A DNA stretch of 64,000 bases from Candidatus Anderseniibacteriota bacterium. Its GTDB lineage: Bacteria; Patescibacteriota; Andersenbacteria; UBA10190. Position 1 is the first letter of the stretch. Each line of letters opens with the position of its first letter. The translations under genes were made by a program, and so were the position numbers. The DNA is taken from assembly GCA_016197005.1 (NCBI GenBank), contig JACPWO010000002.1, positions 146,178 to 210,177 of the forward strand. Reading direction: 5' to 3'. Under the pieces are notes generated by a model. That model did not search any database. It saw only the letters and a list, made by a program, of their open reading frames with translations, and was not told where the DNA came from. Below are positions 48,647 through 57,923 of this stretch, one piece after another.

Positions 48647-49969
48647 ATGGCACTAGGACGAGGACTCGCTTCACTTATACCCCACCGCAAAGTACAAGAT
48701 GCGGACGAGGTGCTCGATGAATTGGATAATCAGATTGAAAGTGCTGATGAGGTCATTGAAACAACAGTCGAAGAGACACAAGCAGTAAGCATCCCGGTTG
48801 CGCAAGAAAGTGATGACAATGATCTGTTTGAGACTGAAGAAGGAGAGGCTGAATCAGTAGAAGTAGTAACGCCGGAAAAAACAGTAGAGCACAAACCGGA
48901 AGAAGCCATTATGGAAGACTTCCGTCAACTTGAAGGTGGACCAGAAATTGAAATGCCACCAAAACCGAATGTCACTCCACTTGAATTTGATCCAGAAACA
49001 GACAGCGATCTTTTTGAGATTGCTGGTCGAGCAGCTGCCAAGATTGAAGCTAAGGAAAAGGTAAAAATTGTCAGCAAAAAAGCAGTTAGCCTAAAGGGCG
49101 ACAAGTGGGACCAACATGAAGATAGTGTCCAGCATGTCGCTATTGGAGATATCACTATTAACCCCCTGCAGCCTCGCCGACACTTTGATCCACAAGAACT
49201 AGAGGAGCTTCAAGCCTCCATCAATCAGCATGGTATTTTGCAGCCATTGGTTGTTAGGCGAATGGAAGATGGGAAATACGAACTCATTGCCGGCGAGCGA
49301 CGTCTGCGTGCAGCTAAAGCTTTGAAGTGGACAAAAGTTCCCGCGGTTGTTCGTAAAGATGTGCAGGGAGACGAATCCCGCATGGTATATGCCTTAATTG
49401 AAAACATTCAGCGCCAGGATTTGGATCCAATTGAATTAGCGTATGCATACCAGAAACTATCCGAAGAATTTGGAATGAGCCATGAAGATATTGGTGACCG
49501 AGTCGGTAAGTCACGCGTGAGCATTACCAATGCAATGCGAGTTATGCAGTTGCCAGCCGAAATCCAGCAAGGATTGAGCGAAGGTATCATTTCTCCAGGG
49601 CATGCCCGAGCCATTCTTATGATTCCTGATGAGGGCAAGCAAGTCCGATTCTACAAACACTTAGTAGAAGAAGGCCTCACCGTTCGCAAGGCGGAAACTC
49701 GTGCTCGCCGCATTCAACGACAGCTCAAAGTCCATGATCCAATGCGTAGTAAGGATCGTAAGCGTCATCCATTAGCTAATAAGTATGGCCCGGCACTGGA
49801 AGAGCGATGGGGCACTGACGTAAATGTGAAGTTTAACGAAGACAAGAATCGTTTTGAGGTTATTCTCAAGGCCTACAGTATGGATGAGTTTGAGCAGCTG
49901 GTCGGTCGTCTCCTGGGAAGTCAACAAATGCCGGATATTTCGAAAGACGACGACGTTCTCGAGGCGTAA
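48647..49969 (+). CDS. parB: ParB/Spo0J with long acidic N-terminal insert
   Basis: LGRGLASLI, NPLQPRR.F, IAGERRLRA, ENIQRQDL. Confidence 0.93.
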   Translation: MALGRGLASLIPHRKVQDADEVLDELDNQIESADEVIETTVEETQAVSIPVAQESDDNDLFETEEGEAESVEVVTPEKTVEHKPEEAIMEDFRQLEGGPEIEMPPKPNVTPLEFDPETDSDLFEIAGRAAAKIEAKEKVKIVSKKAVSLKGDKWDQHEDSVQHVAIGDITINPLQPRRHFDPQELEELQASINQHGILQPLVVRRMEDGKYELIAGERRLRAAKALKWTKVPAVVRKDVQGDESRMVYALIENIQRQDLDPIELAYAYQKLSEEFGMSHEDIGDRVGKSRVSITNAMRVMQLPAEIQQGLSEGIISPGHARAILMIPDEGKQVRFYKHLVEEGLTVRKAETRARRIQRQLKVHDPMRSKDRKRHPLANKYGPALEERWGTDVNVKFNEDKNRFEVILKAYSMDEFEQLVGRLLGSQQMPDISKDDDVLEA

Positions 49970-50010
49970 GAAATTAGCTTTACGAAAATTTGAAACGAAC
50001 GTTTATGACG

Positions 50011-52197
50011 TTAGTCCTGTTCGTTCTCTTTCGTAAATTTACATTCCTTATTTGAGCAGCGAATGGTATTTTTTGCGCCATATACAAGCAAACTATCGCA
50101 GGTCGGACACTTTTCTCCATTCGGTTTACTCCAATAGGCGTTTTCACACTTCGGATAACGGTTGCAGGCAAAGAAAATCTTTCCGCGACGAGAGCGCTTT
50201 TCAATAATTTTCCCTTCGCCGCACTTTGGACAATTTACTCCAATTTCCTTTTCAATTTTCTTAATGTGTTTGCAATCAGGATAGCCGGAACACCCAAGAA
50301 ACGGTCCGAATCTACCTCGTTTTACAACAAGCGGCTTACCACAATCTGGGCACATCTCGCCGGTGTGCTCTTGTTGTAATTCTTTTTCTTCACCAATTGG
50401 TTCGGTGTGCTTACAGTCAGGATAATTAGAGCAAGCTTTAAACTTACCGAAGCGACCAAGCTTTATGACCAGTTCATTACCGCAATCAGGACACTTTTCT
50501 CCTGTTTTTTCTTCGGTAATATCTGATTTCTTTAATTCCTTATCCTTCGTTTTTATTTGTTTATGAAAAGGATCATAGAATTCCTTCATGAGGGGCTGCC
50601 ACTGTTTATTCCCAGATGCGACTTCATCTAAGTCTTCTTCCATCGCTGCTGTAAAGGCAATATCCACAATATTAGGGAAATGCTCAGTTAAAACACCGTT
50701 TACCAGAGTGCCAATTTCTGTAGGGGCGAGACGTTTTTCGTCATTCTTCACTACATATTCACGCCGCTGAATAGTGTCAATAATTGGAGCGTAGGTGCTG
50801 GGGCGACCAATACCATGTTCTTCCAGCGCCTTTACCAACGTTGCTTCTGAATACCGAGCCGGGGGTTGAGTAAAGTGTTGTTCATGCTGAAGTTTACGGA
50901 AAGCAAGCGAATCGTCTTTTTCGAGAGGCGGTAGGACTGTTTCCTTAAAGGCAGCTTTTTCTCCCAAGGCTCTAACGAATCCATCGAATACAACGGTCGT
51001 ACCAATAGCGCGGAACGTGTACGTGCCAGCCGAAATATCTGCGGATGTTTGTTCCAGCCGTGCCTCCGTCATTTGTGAAGCTACCATGCGCTGCCAAATG
51101 AGTCGGTATAGCTTTATGTGTGATGGCTCAACTTCACTGGCTAACGTTTCGGGAAGACGAGCGGGGTCAGTCGGACGGATAGCTTCATGTGCTTCTTGAG
51201 CTCCTTTGGATTTTGTTTTGTAGAAACGAGGAGAGGGCAGTGCATATTCTTTGCCAAATGTTTGCTCAATAGTTTCCTTTGCTTTGGCCGTGGCCTCAGC
51301 CGCCAAATTAACTGAGTCAGTACGCATATATGTAATGTGTCCATTTTCATACAATTGCTGCGCGAGCATCATAGTGCGTTTGCTCGAAAAACCAAGCTGG
51401 TTGTATGCCGCTTGTTGCAACGTACTGGTAGTAAATGGAGGCGGCGGAGTTCGTTTCCGTTCTTTCTTAGCAACATCAGTTACGACGTAGGAAGCATCTT
51501 GTAGTTCCGTTAAAACCTTCTCTGTTTGTTCTTTGGTTTCAATCTCCAGTTTTTTGAAAGCTTTTCCATCTTTCGCGTAGAGATATGCAGTAAATTCAGT
51601 GTTCTCTTTGGCGAGATGAGCATCGACCGTCCAGTATTCCTGGGGCTTAAATGCTTTTATTTCTTCTTCACGTTCGACAATGAGACGAACGGCCACCGAT
51701 TGAACCCGTCCTGCCGAAAGTCCGCGGCGAACCTTTTTCCAGAGGAGCGGAGATAGTTCGTACCCCACTAAACGATCCAGGATGCGGCGAGACTGCTGGG
51801 CATCTACGAGTGGCTGGTTTATCTCACGGGGGTTATCTATGGCTTTTTGAATGGCAGATTTCGTAATTTCCGCAAAGGTAATTCGTTTTGCTTTGGATGG
51901 CTTTACTTTCAATATCTCAGCTAAGTGCCAGGCAATGGCTTCTCCTTCTCTATCTTCATCAGTAGCGAAGTAGATAATATCTGCTTTTTTAGCGGCGGCC
52001 TGGAGCTCCTTAATATGTGGGCGTGCCTTTACTGGAATGACGTACTTTGGTTCAAAATCATTTTCAACATCGACACCCAATTTGCTTTTAGGTAAATCGC
52101 GCACGTGGCCATAACTGCTTTTTACGATAAAGCCTTTGCCCAAATATTTTTGAATTGTTTTCGCTTTAGCTGGCGACTCAACAATTACCAGATTCAT
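50011..52197 (-). CDS. topA: DNA topoisomerase I
   Basis: VESPAKAK, ATDEDREGE, SAGRVQS, ITYMRTDS, C-terminal Zn ribbons. Confidence 0.97.
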   Translation of the reverse strand: MNLVIVESPAKAKTIQKYLGKGFIVKSSYGHVRDLPKSKLGVDVENDFEPKYVIPVKARPHIKELQAAAKKADIIYFATDEDREGEAIAWHLAEILKVKPSKAKRITFAEITKSAIQKAIDNPREINQPLVDAQQSRRILDRLVGYELSPLLWKKVRRGLSAGRVQSVAVRLIVEREEEIKAFKPQEYWTVDAHLAKENTEFTAYLYAKDGKAFKKLEIETKEQTEKVLTELQDASYVVTDVAKKERKRTPPPPFTTSTLQQAAYNQLGFSSKRTMMLAQQLYENGHITYMRTDSVNLAAEATAKAKETIEQTFGKEYALPSPRFYKTKSKGAQEAHEAIRPTDPARLPETLASEVEPSHIKLYRLIWQRMVASQMTEARLEQTSADISAGTYTFRAIGTTVVFDGFVRALGEKAAFKETVLPPLEKDDSLAFRKLQHEQHFTQPPARYSEATLVKALEEHGIGRPSTYAPIIDTIQRREYVVKNDEKRLAPTEIGTLVNGVLTEHFPNIVDIAFTAAMEEDLDEVASGNKQWQPLMKEFYDPFHKQIKTKDKELKKSDITEEKTGEKCPDCGNELVIKLGRFGKFKACSNYPDCKHTEPIGEEKELQQEHTGEMCPDCGKPLVVKRGRFGPFLGCSGYPDCKHIKKIEKEIGVNCPKCGEGKIIEKRSRRGKIFFACNRYPKCENAYWSKPNGEKCPTCDSLLVYGAKNTIRCSNKECKFTKENEQD

Positions 52198-52276
52198 GGC
52201 AGTACCATACGGGAGGGCGGAAAATTTCGCAAATGAACCAAAAAGAGAAGCTATTCCTGGTATTCTTTTTCTTCTC

Positions 52277-52948
52277 TTATCCCAGCTTTAAAATATCGAG
52301 TAAGTCTTGAGAAGAAATAACAGGAGTAGCGCCCTCATGAATTAAATAATTGGTGCCCGCACTATATGGGTCAGTAACGTGTCCAGGAATAGCCAAAACT
52401 TCTCGGTTGTACTCAAGTGCCAGTCGGGCGGTTATGAGAGAGCCAGATTTAAGAGCAGCCTGTACAACGAGTGTTGCTCGACACAGTCCAGCAACAATCC
52501 GGTTACGTCGAGGAAAACTATATTTTTGTACACCAGTGCCTGCCGGATATTCGGAAACAAGTGCTCCGCCAGCTTCTAAAATTTCGATAGCTAAAGTGCG
52601 GTGAGCAGCGGGGTATATAGTGGCGTCATCAATACCCCCACCTAAGACCGCAATAGTAGGAGAATGAGCTTCAACGCACGTCTGATGAGCTAGCGCATCT
52701 ACACCATACGCCAGACCAGAGACGATCACTGCTCCAGCTTTAATAACTGGTGGCAGAAGAATATCAAGTGCTTCTTTGGAATGTACGTGCGCTTTTCTGC
52801 TTCCGACAACTGCGAGAAGGTTGGGATGGGATAAAAGGTTTACGTTGCCACGGACATATAACTGCTTTGGACAGTCTTGTATTTCCTTCAAGAGCGGAGG
52901 GAATAAGTCGCTATAAAGAGGGAGCAATAGAATCTCTTCATAAGACAT
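52277..52948 (-). CDS. dprA: DNA-processing protein DprA (core domain)
   Basis: VVGSR, VSGLAYGVD, FPRRNRIVAG, SGSLITA. Confidence 0.93.
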   Translation of the reverse strand: MSYEEILLLPLYSDLFPPLLKEIQDCPKQLYVRGNVNLLSHPNLLAVVGSRKAHVHSKEALDILLPPVIKAGAVIVSGLAYGVDALAHQTCVEAHSPTIAVLGGGIDDATIYPAAHRTLAIEILEAGGALVSEYPAGTGVQKYSFPRRNRIVAGLCRATLVVQAALKSGSLITARLALEYNREVLAIPGHVTDPYSAGTNYLIHEGATPVISSQDLLDILKLG

Positions 52949-52953
52949 AGTTG

Positions 52954-55857
52954 CTATTGTAGAACAGTAATGAGTTTCTGAACGAGAGTAGGGGTAATGG
53001 TTTCCGTATCCCAGGTAAGGGCTTGTCCTCGTACGCGCCAATTGCCCAACGAAGAAAGGCGCGCGAGAACACGAGGAGCATCAGTTGCTTCAATAATGAG
53101 GCGAACATACGGATCTTCATCCGATGGCGTAATTGCTTGCGTCGTAATTTTGGTAATACTGATTGCTCCCGCAATGCGAGACAGACGCAAAATAAGGATG
53201 AAGTTCTGTACCTCTGTAGGAAGGGGGCCGTATTGCTTACTAAGCTCAGAGCTTTTCGTAGTAACTTCTTCCGCAGTCTTTGCTCTAGATAATCGGATAT
53301 ACCATTTTGTTCGCTCTGATGAATCACTAACATATGTGACAGGAAGAAGAGCGGGCAAAGGCAGCGCAACGTCGGCCTGGACAGCTATGGCCACTTCTTC
53401 AGTAGTAGAAGCACTGCGTACCATATCTAAATAGAGTTGTACTCCGACAGCTTCCGCTGATCCAGATTGCTGTGCCCCCAATAAATTACCGGCTCCTCTA
53501 ATTTCTAAGTCGCGACGCGCTAACTCCCAGCCAGAGCCTAGTCTACTAGCTTCAGTCAGAGCGGCTAGGCGACGACGTTGAATTGAAGTGAGATTTTGTT
53601 GGGTATAAAAGAAATGGGCATAGCCTTGGCGCTCCCGTCGGCCAATTCTTCCTCGGAGCTGATATAAATCAGATAACCCAAAGTGCGGGGCGTGCATCAC
53701 GATCATGGTATTAGCTCCAGGCAGATCAAGACCATGTTCCACAATGCTAGAACTAATGAGAATATTCGTTTCTCCAGAATCAAACGAGTGAATAACACGA
53801 GCTAAGTCTTCATCGGGAAGCCGTCCATGGCCGACTGCGATTCGGGCGGTTGGAATGAGAGATTCAACTTCGTGAGCCAGCGCAGCTAGTTGTCGGATCT
53901 TTGGAGTAACAATATATACCTGACCATTTCGCTGTAGTTCTTTTTCAATTGCTTGCTGTAGTTTTTCATTAGTTAGTTTTCCGACTGACGTCTTTACTGC
54001 TTTGCGGGCGGAAGGAGCAGTGGTGATAATAGAAAGAGCGCGCAGTCCAGAAAGCGCCATTGAAAGCGTGCGGGGGATAGGGGTAGCAGAAAGTGAAAGT
54101 ACATCCACGGTCGATCGCATTTTTTTAAGATGCTCTTTCTGCTTTACACCGAAGCGTTGTTCCTCATCAATAATGAGAAGAGTAAGATTGTGCCAGGATA
54201 TTTTTGGACTAAGCGCAGCATGTGTCCCAATAACAATCGTCGCGCTGCCATCAGAAATTGCCTCTCGACTTTTGGTTTGTGCAGCTGGCGAAGTAAAACG
54301 AGACAGCAAATGAATGTTTTTTACGAGCTGTGGTAATCGCTGTCGAAATACGTCGTAATGTTGTTGTACGAGCAACGTAGTGGGAGCTAGAAGTAATACT
54401 TGTCGGCCATGTGCGGCAGCGTGTCTGGCGGCGCGGAGCGCAATTTCTGTTTTACCAAAACCAACATCCCCCACGACGAGCCGATCCATTGGAATATCTT
54501 TTTGCATATCCTCTCTTACTTCTTGCCAGGTACGTACTTGATCATCAGTAAGTCTATGAGGAAATGACTCATTTAATTCTTTTTCTATCTTTTCTTCTAG
54601 AATGTATGGCGCTCGTGTCATTGCCGAGCGTTTTCCAGCAATAGCTAGGAGTTCCTTCGCAAGCGCAATCGCATCATGCTGAGCTTTTTGTTTCGTACGT
54701 TTCCAAGCGGTGCCGTGTAGACGATGAATAGTTGGTTGAGATTGTCCAACATATGCCGTGACCTTGTGGGCATACTCTACTGGAACAGAAAGGGCATCTC
54801 CCTGTGCATATCTCAGTACCAAGTAATCTCGCGGGATACCTTCAATGTTTCGGCTTTGCAGACCTTCAAACACGCCAATGCCGTGATCGGTGTGAACAGC
54901 TGGTCGGCCAATTATGAGCTGAGCAATAAGTTCCATCGCTCGTTCGTAACTAATTGGCGATCCGGCCGCAGTTTTTACCGGCTGAAGTTGAGAAAAGAGT
55001 TGAGTTAAAGTTTCAGCGAGACCTGATGGAAAGGTAAAAGTAGCTTGCGAAGAGTTTCCAATAATCGTTTTTAATCCGCGAGCAGTTACTTCTGGAGGGC
55101 AAATGACAATACCAGTGCTTAATACTTCTTGCCAGTGAACAGTTTTCTGAGGAAATTTCATTGGTAGCAGTTCAGTGTGTCGCAATGCCTTTGAGCGCTG
55201 TCCTTGCTGGAGTGTGATGCTCTCAATTTTATCTCCACCAAACGTAATATGAATTTTCCCCGGTAGTATTGGATGCCATACTGTTACACTTTCTCCGCGC
55301 ACGACAATCGTTCCGGGCTCATTAGTTGCCGCATTTCGGTTGTAGCCAGCTGTAACTAAGCGATGAATAAGATCGGATAAAGGCAGACGCGTACCAATGT
55401 GAAGACGAATAATACTTTCGTGATACTGTCTTGGATCCGGTAAGGAAGAATCAAGTAGTGAAGCTGGAATAACAAATCCGGCGGGAACCTTTTTTGAGAA
55501 GAGAGTATGGTAAGCCGCACTTAAATCCGTTATGACATCCGCTTCTATTTCCTGCTCGGAAAGGTTACCGCTGAGCGTATGCCAAGAAAGTGGAACTGAG
55601 AGTGCTGTGGAAAGTGAGTGACTGGTGAGAGCTGTATCTCTGGCATCCGCGATGCCACCCAAAGTAATAGAAAAAAACCGTCGTGGCTCAGGCCAAAAGC
55701 TCACAGCAGCCATGATATGACTCATAGATTCACTCAACTTAAGTGTGTCTTTCTCGGAATAGACGGCTCCGGCAAGGTCAGGGCCTAATTCAGCTAAAAT
55801 AGGCCGTATTTCGGCATATATCTCTGATGGAATTTTCCGTCCAGTTAGAATTGACAT
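52954..55857 (-). CDS. mfd: Transcription-repair coupling factor Mfd (divergent N-terminus)
   Basis: VHTDHGIG, GDVGFGKTE, IDEEQRFGV, QLRGRIGR, DLEIRGAGNLLG. Confidence 0.92.
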   Translation of the reverse strand: MSILTGRKIPSEIYAEIRPILAELGPDLAGAVYSEKDTLKLSESMSHIMAAVSFWPEPRRFFSITLGGIADARDTALTSHSLSTALSVPLSWHTLSGNLSEQEIEADVITDLSAAYHTLFSKKVPAGFVIPASLLDSSLPDPRQYHESIIRLHIGTRLPLSDLIHRLVTAGYNRNAATNEPGTIVVRGESVTVWHPILPGKIHITFGGDKIESITLQQGQRSKALRHTELLPMKFPQKTVHWQEVLSTGIVICPPEVTARGLKTIIGNSSQATFTFPSGLAETLTQLFSQLQPVKTAAGSPISYERAMELIAQLIIGRPAVHTDHGIGVFEGLQSRNIEGIPRDYLVLRYAQGDALSVPVEYAHKVTAYVGQSQPTIHRLHGTAWKRTKQKAQHDAIALAKELLAIAGKRSAMTRAPYILEEKIEKELNESFPHRLTDDQVRTWQEVREDMQKDIPMDRLVVGDVGFGKTEIALRAARHAAAHGRQVLLLAPTTLLVQQHYDVFRQRLPQLVKNIHLLSRFTSPAAQTKSREAISDGSATIVIGTHAALSPKISWHNLTLLIIDEEQRFGVKQKEHLKKMRSTVDVLSLSATPIPRTLSMALSGLRALSIITTAPSARKAVKTSVGKLTNEKLQQAIEKELQRNGQVYIVTPKIRQLAALAHEVESLIPTARIAVGHGRLPDEDLARVIHSFDSGETNILISSSIVEHGLDLPGANTMIVMHAPHFGLSDLYQLRGRIGRRERQGYAHFFYTQQNLTSIQRRRLAALTEASRLGSGWELARRDLEIRGAGNLLGAQQSGSAEAVGVQLYLDMVRSASTTEEVAIAVQADVALPLPALLPVTYVSDSSERTKWYIRLSRAKTAEEVTTKSSELSKQYGPLPTEVQNFILILRLSRIAGAISITKITTQAITPSDEDPYVRLIIEATDAPRVLARLSSLGNWRVRGQALTWDTETITPTLVQKLITVLQ

Positions 55858-55913
55858 ATTTGCATTATCACTTATGGTGGAGGTACATAATACATCTTTC
55901 CACAGTATAAAGT

Positions 55914-56711
55914 ATGGAATTTACAAAGGAACTTAAGAAGTTAGGTTTGAAGGACAAAGAAGCGGCTGTGTATTTGGGTTGCTTAGAGCTAGGTTCAGCT
56001 ACCGCCCAGCAAATTAGCAGGAAAGCTCATGTAGTGCGAGCTACTACGTATGTAGAACTAGAATCTTTGATGCAAATGGGATTAGTGACAAAGTTCAAGC
56101 AAGGAAAGAAAACACTTTTTTCAGCAGAGCCACCACGACAGCTTACTCGACTTCTTGAGAAGCAAGAAGAAAGTATAAAAGAAAAGAAGGAAGGGCTAAA
56201 TCATCTGTTGCCAGAACTCCAGATACTTATGAAAACTGGAGGGGGTAAGCCATCAGTTCGTTATTTCGAAGGTAAGGAGGGATTGCATGCAATACGACAA
56301 GAAATTGTTATGCACACGCAACCGGGGCATACAGTTTATAATTTTACGCCCATTGATTACTTGAATGCAGTATTTCCAGAAAATGAAACCGTGTATTACA
56401 AACAACGATCGGCAAAAGGAATAAAGGCAAAAACCATTTTTACTACGAAGTCACCTACTGTTCGGGATAGAGTGTTTGCAGAGCTATATCAGCAACAAAC
56501 AGAAAAACGCTTCGTTAAGCCTGAAGATTTTCCGAGTACGAGCGGAATGACTATTTATGAAGATAGGATCGCGATAGGGTCGTTTACGGGTGACCTAATG
56601 GGGGTTGTCATAGAAAGTGAGCAGATGACAGATATGATGGTGCGACTCTTTGAGTTAGCGTGGATTACTGCGTTTACAGAAAAAGACTATAGAAAGAAGG
56701 TAAAAGGTTGA
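55914..56711 (+). CDS. TrmB-family transcriptional regulator
   Basis: LKKLGL.DKEA.VYL..LELG, HTH RATTY..L..L...GLV, VRYFEGKEG, C-terminal effector domain. Confidence 0.88.
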   Translation: MEFTKELKKLGLKDKEAAVYLGCLELGSATAQQISRKAHVVRATTYVELESLMQMGLVTKFKQGKKTLFSAEPPRQLTRLLEKQEESIKEKKEGLNHLLPELQILMKTGGGKPSVRYFEGKEGLHAIRQEIVMHTQPGHTVYNFTPIDYLNAVFPENETVYYKQRSAKGIKAKTIFTTKSPTVRDRVFAELYQQQTEKRFVKPEDFPSTSGMTIYEDRIAIGSFTGDLMGVVIESEQMTDMMVRLFELAWITAFTEKDYRKKVKG

Positions 56712-56735
56712 CTTTTATCTTTCTCTTTTCATAAT
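56708..56735 (+). promoter_or_regulatory. Sigma70-type promoter overlapping the TrmB stop codon
   Basis: TTGACT-16 nt-CATAAT. Confidence 0.65.
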
Positions 56736-56811
56736 AGAAGCAGCTGAGGTGCGTTGCCTTAGCAGTGTCATGGATGGTCACCGCATCCTCTTACCTCGAA
56801 GGAGGTGTTCT

Positions 56812-56835
56812 ATGGGTGGTTACCCAATGGACTAA
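56812..56835 (+). CDS. Candidate 7-aa mini-ORF MGGYPMD
   Basis: GGAGGT at 56801-56806, 5 nt before ATG. Confidence 0.35.
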   Translation: MGGYPMD

Positions 56836-57205
56836 CGAGGATGGAGCGACCAAGAGAGTAGCGCCAGAAAGGCTCTCGACATGCATAGGAAAAGGTTGAG
56901 TCTGGCGTTAGTACGGCCGGCACTTGGTTTCTGAGCTTCAATTCAGATACTAAGTTTCAAGCCCGGCTATGAAACGAAACGGTTCTTTGCAACCGAGAAT
57001 ATAAATGGAAGGTCGTGCAATGTTGACAGGCCTTGTCGATATTGCCTCCGTCCGGACCCATCCCCCGATCCCACCTGATACCAATCGCCATTAGTGCGAA
57101 TCATGGGTCGTGGTGGATGGGTCTTCGTACACTTGAGTTACTGTCAAGTTTGCAGAAGGGCGTCCACCTCTGAACATGGATTCCTTTTAGCGCAAACTTG
57201 TCAGG

Positions 57206-57246
57206 GCCCGGTTCTTCTTTCGAGAAGTCCCGGGCTTCTTTCTTTT
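57206..57246 (+). terminator. Intrinsic terminator
   Basis: GCCCGG..CTTCT-TTCG-AGAAG..CCGGGC followed by TTCTTTCTTTT. Confidence 0.75.
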
Positions 57247-57247
57247 A

Positions 57248-57276
57248 TTGACACCCAAATATACCGGCGGTACAGT
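57248..57276 (+). promoter_or_regulatory. Sigma70-type promoter
   Basis: TTGACA-17 nt-TACAGT. Confidence 0.75.
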
Positions 57277-57282
57277 TAAATG

Positions 57283-57411
57283 TTCCTTCGCCTATATCAT
57301 CCCGCTTTCGACGCACCTAGATTGAGGTTAGCCCCTCCTATACCTCAGGTGGGTGTCGTTCGAAAGGGGGGTAATGTAGACGAAACTAAACTCCGCAGTG
57401 CGGAGTTTTTT
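57283..57411 (+). ncRNA. Candidate rod-shaped small RNA
   Basis: Long interrupted hairpin 57287-57384 plus terminator AAACTCCGC/GCGGAGTTT-TTT. Confidence 0.65.
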
Positions 57412-57425
57412 GGTAGGATGATTCT

Positions 57426-57923
57426 ATGATTAAGCTTGTTGTTGGACTGGGAAATCCAGGCGCGAAATTTGAACGAACCCGACACAATATCGGAGTTCGG
57501 GTAGTAGAAGCTTGGGCGAAGGGTCCGGGCGCATCTATGCGCACACTGTATCTCCTTCCGGCAGACTTTATGAATAATTCCGGAAAGGTAGTAGCGGCGG
57601 CAATGAAAAAACATCAAGTGAAAATGGAAGAGCTTTTACTTGTGCACGATGATTTAGAAACATCATTTGGAGAAGTACGAATAAAAGAAATAGGAAGTGC
57701 TAAGGGCCACAATGGCGTGCGATCAATTCACGAAATGCTTGGCACGCAAGAAATCCGTCGTCTCATGGTAGGAGTAAGTCGCCCGCCGGCAGAAATTCCT
57801 GCCGATAGATATGTTCTATCTAAATTTAATTCTGAAGAAGAAACACTCCTTGCGGAAAAAGTTATTCCAGAAGCTGTCCAAAAAATTCAAATTATTCTTA
57901 CTCCGCGTCCGCTCCCAGAATAA
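57426..57923 (+). CDS. pth: Peptidyl-tRNA hydrolase
   Basis: VGLGNPG, TRHNIG, FMNNSG, VHDDL, GHNGVRS. Confidence 0.94.
   Translation: MIKLVVGLGNPGAKFERTRHNIGVRVVEAWAKGPGASMRTLYLLPADFMNNSGKVVAAAMKKHQVKMEELLLVHDDLETSFGEVRIKEIGSAKGHNGVRSIHEMLGTQEIRRLMVGVSRPPAEIPADRYVLSKFNSEEETLLAEKVIPEAVQKIQIILTPRPLPE

Larger units (their letters stand above)
56741..57246 (+). ncRNA. Candidate large structured ncRNA (~500 nt), family unknown
   Basis: More than 10 helices, a 10-bp pseudoknot, promoter and terminator at its ends, no convincing long ORF. Confidence 0.7.

Noticed and set aside
47808-49969. parS site near parAB
   Set aside because: No good match to TGTTTCACGTGAAACA seen
56741-57246. RNase P RNA or self-splicing intron
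   Set aside because: No GAGGAAAGTCC on either strand and no interrupted host gene; not formally excluded without cmscan
57094-57279. 61-aa ORF, and a 29-aa frame at 57005, inside the structured region
   Set aside because: No convincing SD or motif; the 61-aa frame crosses the terminator and the second promoter
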